Shown here one piece after another: positions 1-12,000 of a DNA stretch of 64,000 nt. The first letter of the stretch is position 1; each line of letters begins with the position of its first letter. The translations under genes were made by a program, and so were the position numbers. Origin of the DNA: Eledone cirrhosa (Eukaryota); assembly GCA_964016885.1 (NCBI GenBank), contig OZ024744.1:23932001-23996000 (forward strand). Reading direction: 5' to 3'. Below the pieces are notes generated by a model. It made no database searches and was not told the origin of the DNA. It saw nothing but the letters and a program-made list of their open reading frames with translations.

Positions 1-3000
1 TCGTTTTAACAACAGTTGAATCTTAAAATAAAACTCGTTTTAACAACAGTTGAATCTTAAGAACTGACTCATTTTAACAACAGTTGAATCTTAAGATAAA
101 ACTCGTTTTAACAACAGCTGAATCTTACGATTAAACTCGTTTTAACAACAGTTGAATCTTAAGACAAAACCCGTTTTAACAACAGTTGAATCTTAAGAAC
201 TGTCTCGTTTTAACGACAGTTGAATCTTAAGAACTGACTCATTTTAACAACAGTTGAATCTTCAAATAAAACTCGTTTTAACAACAGTTGGATCTTAAGA
301 ACTGATTCGTTTTAACAACACCTGAATCTTAAGATAAACTCGTTTTAACAACAGTTGAATCTTAAGATAAAACTCGTTTTAACTACAGTTGAATCTTAAG
401 AACTGACTCGTTTTAACAACAGCTGAATCTTAAGATAAAACTCGTTTTAACAACAGTTGAATCTTAAGAACTGATTCGTTTTAACAACAGATGAATCTTA
501 AGATAAACCTCGTTTTATCAACAGTTGCATCTTAAGAACTGGCTCGTTGAAACAACAGTTGAATTTTAAGATAAAACTCGTTTTAACAACAGTTGAATCT
601 TAAGAACTGACTCGTTTTATCAACAGTTCAACCTTAAGAACTGACTCATTTTAACAACAGTTGAATCTTCAAATAAAACTCGTATTACAACAGTTGAATC
701 TTAAGAACTAACTCGTTTTATCAACAGTTCAACCTTAAGAACTGACTCGTTTTAACAACAGTTGAATCTTCAAATAAAACTCGTTTTAACAACAGTTGAA
801 TCTAAAGAACTGACTCGTTTTAACAACAGTTGAATCTTAAGATAAAACTCGTTTTAACAACAGTTGAATCTTAAGAACTGACTCATTTTAACAACAGTTG
901 AATCTTAATATAAAACTCGTTTTAACAACAGCTGAATCTTAAGATTAAACTCGTTTTAACAACAGTTGAATCTTAAGACAAAACCCGTTTTAACAACAGT
1001 TGAATCTTAAGAACTGTCTCGTTTTAACGACAGTTGAATCTTAAGAACTGACTCGTTTTAACAACAGCTGAATCTTAAGATTAAACTCGTTTTAACAACA
1101 GTTGAATCTTAAGACAAAACCCGTTTTAACAACAGTTGAATCTTAAGAACTGTCTCGTTTTAACGACAGTTGAATCTTAAGAACTGACTCGTTTTAACAG
1201 CAGTTGAATCTTAATATAAAACTCGGTTTAACAACAGTTGAATCTTAAGATAAAACTCGTTTTAACAACAGTTGAATCTTAAGAACTAACTCGTTTTAAC
1301 AACAGTTGAATCTTAAGATAAAACTCGTTTTAACAACAGTTGAATCTTAAGAACTGACTCGTTTTAAAAACAGCTGAATCTTAAGATAAAACTCGTATTA
1401 ACAACAGTTGAATCTTAAGAACTGACACGTTTTATCAACAGTTCAACCTTAAGAACTGACTCGTTTTAACAACAGTTGAATCTTCAAATAAAACTCGTTT
1501 TAACAACAGTTGAATCTAAAGAACTGACTCGTTTTAACAACAGTTGAATCTTAAGATAAAACTCGTTTTAACAACAGTTGAATCTTAAGAACTGACTCAT
1601 TTTAACAAGAGTTGAATCTTAAGATACAACTCGTTTTAACAACAGCTGAATCTTAAGATTAATCTCGTTTTAACAACAGTTGAATCTTAAGACAAAACCC
1701 GTTTTAACAACAGTTGAATCTTAAGAACTGTCTCGATTTAACGACAGTTGAATCTTAAGAACTGACTCGTTTTAACAACAGCTGAATCTTAAGATTAAAC
1801 TCGTTTTAACAACAGTTGAATCTTAAGACAAAACCCGTTTTAACAACAGTTGAATCTTAAGAACTGTCTCGTTTTAACAACAGTTGAATCTTAAGATAAA
1901 CCTCGTTTTAACAACAGTTTAATCTTAAAAACTGACTCGTTTTAACAACAGTTGAATCTTAAGATAAAATTCGTTTTAACAACAGTTGAATCTTAAGAAC
2001 TGATTCGTTTTAACAACAGTTCAAACTTAAGAACTGACTCGTTTTAACAACAGTTGAATCTTATGATAAAACTCATTTTAACAACAGTTGAATCTTAAGA
2101 ACTGATTCGTTTTAACAACAGATGAATCTTAAGATAAACCTTGTTTTAACAACAGTTGAATCTTAAGAACTGTCTCGATTTAACGACAGTTGAATCTTAA
2201 GAACTGACTCGTTTTAACAACAGTTGAATCTTACGATAAAACTCGTTTTAACATCAGTTGAATCTTAAGAACTGACTAATTTTAACAACAGCTGAATCTT
2301 AAGATAAAACTCGTTTTAACAACAGTTGAATCTTAAGAACTGACTCGTTTTAACAACAGTTGAATCTTATGATAAAACTCATTTTAACAACAGTTGAATG
2401 TTAAGATAAAACTCGTTTTAACAACAGTTGAATCTTAAGAACTGACTCTTTTTAACAACAGTTGAATGTTAAGATAAAACTCGTTTTAACAACAGTTGAA
2501 TCTTAAGAACTGACTCGTTTTAACAACAGTTGAATCTTAAGAACTGACTCGTTTTAACAACAGTTGAATCTTATGATAAAACCCATTTTAACAACAGTTG
2601 AATCTTAAGATTAAACTCGTTTTAACAACAGTTGAATCTTAAGAACTGACTCGTTTTAACAACAGTTGAATCTTAAGAACTGACTCGTTTTATCAACATT
2701 TCAACCTTAAGAACTGACTCGTTTTAACAACAGATGAATCTTCAAATAAAACTCGTTTTAACAACAGTTGAATCTTAAGAACTGACTCGTTTTAACAGCA
2801 GTTGAATCTTAAGAACTGATTCGTTTTAACAACAGTTCAAACTTAAGAACTGACTCGTATTAACAACAGTTGAATCTTATTATAAAACTCATTTTAACAA
2901 CAGTTGAATCTTAAGAACTGATTCGTTTTAACAACAGATGAATCTTAAGATAAACCTCGTTTTAACAACAGTTGCATCTTAGGAACTGGCTCGTTTAAAC

Positions 3001-6000
3001 AACAGTTGAATCTTAAGATAAAACACGTTTTAACAACAGTTGTATCTTAAGAACTGACTCGTTTTAACAACAGTTGAATCTTAAGATAAACTCGTTTTAA
3101 CAACAGTTGAATCTTAAGAACTGACTCGTTTTAACAACAGCTGAATCTTAAGATAAAACTCGTATTAACAACAGTTGAATCTTAAGAACTGACTCGTTTT
3201 ATCAACAGTTCAACCTTAAGAACTGACTCGTTTTAACAACAGTTGAATCTTCAAATAAAACTCGTTTTAACAACAGTTGAATCTAAAGAACTGACTCGTT
3301 TTAACAACAGTTGAATCTTAAGATAAAACTCGTTTTAACAACAGTTGAATCTTAAGAACTGACTCATTTTAACAACAGTTGAATCTTAATATAAAACTCG
3401 TTTTAACAACAGCTGAATCTTAAGATTAAACTCGTTTTAACAACAGTTGAATCTTAAGACAAAACCCGTTTTAACAACAGTTGAATCTTAAGAACTGACT
3501 CGTTTTAACAACAGCTGAATCTTAAGATTAAACTCGTTTTAACAACAGTTGAATCTTAAGACAAAACCCGTTTTAACAACAGTTGAATCTTAAGAACTGT
3601 CTCGTTTTAACGACAGTTGAATCTTAAGAACTGACTCGTTTTAACAGCAGTTGAATCTTAATATAAAACTCGTTTTAACAACAGTTGAATCTTAAGATAA
3701 AACTCGTTTTAACAACAGTTGAATCTTAAGAACTAACTCGTTTTAACAACAGTTGAATCTTAAGATAAAACTCGTTTTAACAACAGTTGAAGCTTAAGAA
3801 CTGACTCGTTTTAACAACAGCTGAATCTTAAGATAAAACTCGTATTAACAACAGTTGAATCTTAAGAACTGACACGTTTTATCAACAGTTCAACCTTAAG
3901 AACTGACTCGTTTTAACAACAGTTGAATCTTCAAATAAAACTCGTTTTAACAACAGTTGAATCTAAAGAACTGACTCGTTTTAACAACAGTTGAATCTTA
4001 AGATAAAACTCGTTTTAACAACAGTTGAATCTTAAGAACTGACTCATTTTAACAACAGTTGAATCTTAAGATACAACTCGTTTTAACAACAGCTGAATCT
4101 TAAGATTAATCTCGTTTTAACAACAGTTGAATCTTAAGACAAAACCCGTTTTAACAACAGTTGAATCTTAAGAACTGTCTCGATTTAACGACAGTTGAAT
4201 CTTAAGAACTGACTCGTTTTAACAACAGCTGAATCTTAAGATTAAACTCGTTTTAACAACAGTTGGATCTTAAGACAAAACCCGTTTTAACAACAGTTGA
4301 ATCTTAAGAACTGTCTCGTTTTAACAACAGTTGAATCTTAAGATAAACCTCGTTTTAACAACAGTTTAATCTTAAAAACTGACTCGTTTTAACAACAGTT
4401 GAATCTTAAGATAAAATTCGTTTTAACAACAGTTGAATCTTAAGAACTGATTCGTTTTAACAACAGTTCAAACTTAAGAACTGACTCGTTTTAACAACAG
4501 TTGAATCTTATGATAAAACTCATTTTAACAACAGTTGAATCTTAAGAACTGATTCGTTGTAACAACAGCTGAATCTTAAGATAAAACTCGTTTTAACAAC
4601 AGTTGAATCTTAAGAACTGACTCGTTTTAACAACAGTTGAATCTTATGATAAAACTCATTTTAACAACAGTTGAATGTTAAGATAAAACTCGTTTTAACA
4701 ACAGTTGAATCTTAAGAACTGACTCTTTTTAACAACAGTTGAATGTTAAGATAAAACTCGTTTTAACAACAGTTGAATCTTAAGAACTGACTCGTTTTAA
4801 CAACAGTTGAATCTTATGATAAAACCCATTTTAACAACAGTTGAATCTTAAGATTAAACTCGTTTTAACAACAGTTGAATCTTAAGAACTGACTCGTTTT
4901 AACAACAGTTGAATCTTAAGAACTGATTTGTTTTAACAACAGTTCAAACTTAAGAACTGCCTCGTATTAACAACAGTTGAATCTTATTATAAAACTCATT
5001 TTAACAACAGTTGAATCTTAAGAACTGATTCGTTTTAACAACAGATGAATCTTAAGATAAACCTCGTTTTAATAACAGTTGCATCTTAGGAACTGGCTCG
5101 TTTAAACAACAGTTGAATCTTAAGATAAAACACGTTTTAACAACAGTTGAATCTTAAGAACTGACTCGTTTTAACAACAGTTGAATCTTAAGATAAACTC
5201 GTTTTAACAACAGTTGAATCTTAAGAACTGACTCGTTTTAACAACAGCTGAATCTTAAGATAAAACTCGTATTAACAACAGTTGAATCTTAAGAACTGAC
5301 TCGTTTTATCAACAGTTCAACCTTAAGAACTGACTCGTTTTAACAACAGTTGAATCTTCAAATAAAACTCGTTTTAACAACAGTTGAATCTTAAGAACTG
5401 ACTCGTTTTAACAACAGTTGAATCTTAAGAACTGACTCGTTTTAACAACAGTTGAATGTTATGATAAAACTCGTTTTAACAACAGTTGAATCTTAAGAAC
5501 TGACTCTTTTTAACAACAGTTGAATCTTAAGATAATACTCGTTTTAACAACAGTTGAATCTTAAGATAAAATTCGTTTTAACAATAGTTGAATGTTAAGA
5601 ACTCTTTCGTTTTAACAACAGTGCAAACTTAAGAGCTGACTCGTTTTAACAACAGCTGAATCTTATGATAAAACTCATTTTAACAACAGTTGAATCTTAA
5701 GATAAAACTCGTTTTACCAACAGTTGAATCTTAAGCACTGTCTCGTTTTAACAACAGTTGAATCTTAAGATAAAACTCGTTTTAACAACAGTTGAATCTT
5801 AAGAACTAACTCGTTTTAACAACAGTTGAATTTTTTTGATAAAACCCATTTTAACAACAGTTGAATCTTAAGATTAAACTCGTTTTAACAATAGTTGAAT
5901 CTTAAGAACTGACTCGTTTTAACAACAGTTGAATCTTAAGAACTGACTCGTTTTATCAACATTTCAACCTTAAGAACTGACTCGTTTTAACAACAGTTGA

Positions 6001-9000
6001 ATCTTCAAATAAAATTCGTTTTAACAACAGTTGAAACTTAAGAACTGACTCGTTTTAACAACAGTTGAATCTTAAGAACTGATTCGTTTTAACAACAGTT
6101 CAAACTTAAGAACTGACTCGTTGTAACAACAGTTGAATCTTATTATAAAACTCATTTTAAAAACAGTTGCATCTTAAGAACTGGCTCGTTTAAACAACAG
6201 TTGAATCTTAAGATATAACTCGTTTTAACAACAGTTGAATCTTAACATAAAATTCGTTTTAACAATACTTGAATGTTAAGAACTCTTTCGTTTTAACAAC
6301 AGTGCAAACTTAAGAGCTGACTCGTTTTAACAACAGTTGAATCTTATGATAAAACTCATTTTAACAACAGTTGAATCTTAAGATAAAACTCGTTTTAACA
6401 ACAGTTGAATCTTAAGCACTGTCTCGTTTTAACAACAGTTGAATCTTAAGATAAAACTCGTTTTAACAACAGTTGAATCTTAAGAACTGACTCGTTTTAA
6501 CAACAGTTGAATCTTAAGAACTGACTCGTTTTAACAGCAGTTGAATCTTAATATAAAACTCGTTTTAACAACAGTTGAATCTTAAGATAAAACTCGTTTT
6601 AACAACAGTTGAATCTTAAGAACTAACTCGTTTTAACAACAGTTGAATCTTAAGATAAAACTCGTTTTAACAACAGTTGAATCTTAAGAACTGACTCGTT
6701 TTAACAACAGCTGAATCTTAAGATAAAACTCGCATTAACAACAGTTGAATCTTAAGAACTGACACGTTTTATCAACAGTTCAACCTTAAGAACTGACTCG
6801 TTTTAACAACAGTTGAATCTTCAAATAAAACTCGTTTTAACAACAGTTGAATCTAAAGAACTGACTCGTTTTAACAACAGTTGAATCTTAAGATAAAACT
6901 CGTTTTAACAACAGTTGAATCTTAAGAACAGACTCATTTTAACAACAGTTGAATCTTAAGATACAACTCGTTTTAACAACAGCTGAATCTTAAGATTAAT
7001 CTCGTTTTAACAACAGTTGAATCTTAAGACAAAACCCGTTTTAACAACAGTTGAATCTTAAGAACTGTCTCGATTTAACGACAGTTGAATCTTAAGAACT
7101 GACTCGTTTTAACAACAGCTGAATCTTAAGATTAAACTCGTTTTAACAACAGTTGAATCTTAAGACAAAACCCGTTTTAACAACAGTTGAATCTTAAGAA
7201 CTGTCTCGTTTTAACAACAGTTGAATCTTAAGATAAACCTCGTTTTAACAACAGTTTAATCTTAAAAACTGACTCGTTTTAACAACAGTTTAATCTTAAA
7301 AACTGACTCGTTTTAACAACAGTTGAATCTTAAGATAAAATTCGTTTTAACAACAGTTGAATCTTAAGAACTGATTCGTTTTAACAACAGTTCAAACTTA
7401 AGAACTGACTCGTTTTAACAACAGTTGAATCTTATGATAAAACTCATTTTAACAACAGTTGAATCTTAAGAACTGATTCGTTTTAACAACAGCTGAATCT
7501 TAAGATAAAACTTGTTTTAACAACAGTTGAATCTTAAGAACTGACTCGTTTTAACAACAGTTGAATCTTATGATAAAACTCATTTTAACAACAGTTGAAT
7601 GTTAAGATAAAACTCGTTTTAACAACAGTTGAATCTTAAGAACTGACTCTTTTTAACAACAGTTGAATGTTAAGATAAAACTCGTTTTAACAACAGTTGA
7701 ATCTTAAGAACTGACTCGTTTTAACAACAGTTGAATCTTAAGAACTGACTCGTTTTAACAACAGTTGAATCTTATGATAAAACCCATTTTAACAACAGTT
7801 GAATCTTAAGATTAAACTCGTTTTAACAACAGTTGAATCTTAAGAACTGACTCGTTTTAACAACAGTTGAATCTTAAGAACTGACTCGTTTTATCAACAT
7901 TTCAACCTTAAGAACTGACTCGTTTTAACAACAGATGAATCTTCAAATAAAACTCGTTTTAACAACAGTTGAATCTTAATAACTGACTCGTTTTAACAGC
8001 AGTTGAATCTTAAGAACTGATTCGTTTTAACAACAGTTCAAACTTAAGAACTGACTCGTATTAACAACAGTTGAATCTTATTATAAAACTCATTTTAACA
8101 ACAGTTGAATCTTAAGAACTGATTCGTTTTAACAACAGATGAATCTTAAGATAAACCTCGTTTTAATAACAGTTGCATCTTAGGAACTGGCTCGTTTAAA
8201 CAACAGTTGAATCTTAAGATAAAACACGTTTTAACAACAGTTGAATCTTAAGAACTGACTCGTTTTAACAACAGTTGAATCTTAAGATAAACTCGTTTTA
8301 ACAACAGTTGAATCTTAAGAACTGACTCGTTTTAACAACAGTTGAATCTTAAGAACTGACTCGTTTTAACAGCAGTTGAATCTTAATATAAAACTCGTTT
8401 TAACAACAGTTGAATCTTAAGATAAAACTCGTTTTAACAACAGTTGAATCTTAAGAACTAACTCGTTTTAACAACAGTTGAATCTTAAGATAAAACTCGT
8501 TTTAACAACAGTTGAATCTTAAGAACTGACTCGTTTTAACAACAGCTGAATCTTAAGAACTGACTCGTTTTAACAACAGTTGAATCTTCAAATAAAACTC
8601 GTTTTAACAACAGTTGAATGTTAAGAACTCTTTCGTTTTAACAACAGTGCAAACTTAAGAGCTGACTCGTTTTAACAACAGTTGAATCTTATGATAAAAC
8701 TCATTTTAACAACAGTTGAATCTTAAGATAAAACTCGTTTTAACAACAGTTGAATCTTAAGCACTGTCTCGTTTTAACAACAGTTGAATCTTAAGATAAA
8801 ACTCGTTTTAACAACAGTTGAATCTTAAGAACTGACTCGTTTTAACAACAGTTGAATCTTAAGAACTGACTCGTTTTAACAGCAGTTGAATCTTAATATA
8901 AAACTCGTTTTAACAACAGTTGAATCTTAAGATAAAACTCGTTTTAACAACAGTTGAATCTTAAGAACTAACTCGTTTTAACAACAGTTGAATCTTAAGA

Positions 9001-12000
9001 TAAAACTCGTTTTAACAACAGTTGAATCTTAAGAACTGACTCGTTTTAACAACAGCTGAATCTTAAGATAAAACTCGCATTAACAACAATTGAATCTTAA
9101 GAACTGACACGTTTTATCAACAGTTCAACCTTAAGAACTGACTCGTTTTAACAACAGTTGAATCTTCAAATAAAACTCGTTTTAACAACAGTTGAATCTA
9201 AAGAACTGACTCGTTTTAACAACAGTTGAATCTTAAGATAAAACTCGTTTTAACAACAGTTGAATCTTAAGAACAGACTCATTTTAACAACAGTTGAATC
9301 TTAAGATACAACTCGTTTTAACAACAGCTGAATCTTAAGATTAATCTCGTTTTAACAACAGTTGAATCTTAAGACAAAACCCGTTTTAACAACAGTTGAA
9401 TCTTAAGAACTGTCTCGATTTAACGACAGTTGAATCTTAAGAACTGACTCGTTTTAACAACAGCTGAATCTTAAGATTAAACTCGTTTTAACAACAGTTG
9501 AATCTTAAGACAAAACCCGTTTTAACAACAGTTGAATCTTAAGAACTGTCTCGTTTTAACAACAGTTGAATCTTAAGATAAACCTCGTTTTAACAACAGT
9601 TTAATCTTAAAAACTGACTCGTTTTAACAACAGTTGAATCTTAAGATAAAATTCGTTTTAACAACAGTTGAATCTTAAGAACTGATTCGTTTTAACAACA
9701 GTTCAAACTTAAGAACTGACTCGTTTTAACAACAGTTGAATCTTATGATAAAACTCATTTTAACAACAGTTGAATCTTAAGAACTGATTCGTTTTAACAA
9801 CAGCTGAATCTTAAGATAAAACTCGTTTTAACAACAGTTGAATCTTAAGAACTGACTCGTTTTAACAACAGTTGAATCTTATGATAAAACTCATTTTAAC
9901 AACAGTTGAATGTTAAGATAAAACTCGTTTTAACAACAGTTGAATCTTAAGAACTGACTCTTTTTAACAACAGTTGAATGTTAAGATAAAACTCGTTTTA
10001 ACAACAGTTGAATCTTAAGAACTGACTCGTTTTAACAACAGTTGAATCTTATGATAAAACCCATTTTAACAACAGTTGAATCTTAAGATTAAACTTGTTT
10101 TAACAACAGTTGAATCTTAAGAACTGACTCGTTTTAACAACAGTTGAATCTTAAGAACTGACTCGTTTTATCAACATTTCAACCTTAAGAACTGACTCGT
10201 TTTAACAACAGATGAATCTTCAAATAAAACTCGTTTTAACAACAGTTGAATCTTAAGAACTGACTCGTTTTAACAGCAGTTGAATCTTAAGAACTGATTC
10301 GTTTTAACAACAGTTCAAACTTAAGAACTGACTCGTATTAACAACAGTTGAATCTTATTATAAAACTCATTTTAACAACAGTTGAATCTTAAGAACTGAT
10401 TCGTTTTAACAACAGATGAATCTTAAGATAAACCTCGTTTTAATAACAGTTGCATCTTAGGAACTGGCTCGTTTAAACAACAGTTGAATCTTAAGATAAA
10501 ACACGTTTTAACAACAGTTGAATCTTAAGAACTGACTCGTTTTAACAACAGTTGAATCTTAAGATAAACTCGTTTTAACAACAGTTGAATCTTAAGAACT
10601 GACTCGTTTTAACAACAGCTGAATCTTAAGATAAAACTCGTATTAACAACAGTTGAATCTTAAGAACTGACTCGTTTTATCAACAGTTCAACCTTAAGAA
10701 CTGACTCGTTTTAACAACAGTTGAATCTTCAAATAAAACTCGTTTTAACAACAGTTGAATCTTAAGAACTGACTCGTTTTAACAACAGTTGAATGTTATG
10801 ATAAAACTCGTTTTAACAACAGTTGAATCTTAAGAACTGACTCTTTTTAACAACAGTTGAATCTTAAGATAATACTCGTTTTAACAACAGTTGAATCTTA
10901 AGATAAAATTCGTTTTAACAATAGTTGAATGTTAAGAACTCTTTCGTTTTAACAACAGTGCAAACTTAAGAGCTGACTCGTTTTAACAACAGCTGAATCT
11001 TATGATAAAACTCATTTTAACAACAGTTGAATCTTAAGATAAAACTCGTTTTACCAACAGTTGAATCTTAAGCACTGTCTCGTTTTAACAACAGTTGAAT
11101 CTTAAGATAAAACTCGTTTTAACAACAGTTGAATCTTAAGAACTAACTCGTTTTAACAACAGTTGAATCTTTTGATAAAACCCATTTTAACAACAGTTGA
11201 ATCTTAAGATTAAACTCGTTTTAACAATAGTTGAATCTTAAGAACTGACTCGTTTTAACAACAGTTGAATCTTAAGAACTGACTCGTTTTATCAACATTT
11301 CAACCTTAAGAACTGACTCGTTTTAACAACAGTTGAATCTTCAAATAAAACTCGTTTTAACAACAGTTGAAACTTAAGAACTGACTCGTTTTAACAACAG
11401 TTGAATCTTAAGAACTGATTCGTTTTAACAACAGTTCAAACTTAAGAACTGACTCGTAGTAACAACAGTTGAATCTTATTATAAAACTCATTTTAAAAAC
11501 AGTTGCATCTTAAGAACTGGCTCGTTTAAACAACAGTTGAATCTTAAGATAAAACTCGTTTTAACAACAGTTGAATCTTAACATAAAATTCGTTTTAACA
11601 ATAGTTGAATGTTAAGAACTCTTTCGTTTTAACAACAGTGCAAACTTAAGAGCTGACTCGTTTTAACAACAGTTGAATCTTATGATAAAACTCATTTTAA
11701 CAACAGTTGAATCTTAAGATAAAACTCGTTTTAACAACAGTTGAATCTCAAGCACTGTCTCGTTTTAACAACAGTTGAATCTTAAGATAAAACTCGTTTT
11801 AACAACAGTTGAATCTTAAGAACTGACTCGTTTTAACAACAGTTGAATCTTAAGAACTGACTCGTTTTAACAGCAGTTGAATCTTAATATAAAACTCGTT
11901 TTAACAACAGTTGAATCTTAAGATAAAACTCGTTTTAACAATAGTTGAATCTTAAGAACTAACTCGTTTTAACAACAGTTGAATCTTAAGATAAAACTCG

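Noticed and set aside
817-848. CRISPR array: the B monomer reads GTTTTA...TAAAAC, like type II-A repeat ends, and has a conserved core with a variable tail
   Set aside because: There are no unique 25-45 bp spacers. The variable part is 4-6 bp with two main alleles, repeats abut directly, and no leader or cas genes are present.
2481-2514. loxP/FRT-like or dif/att recombination-site array (34-bp length)
   Set aside because: There is no 13-8-13 inverted-arm architecture, no similarity I recognise to known sites, and no recombinase gene or cassettes.
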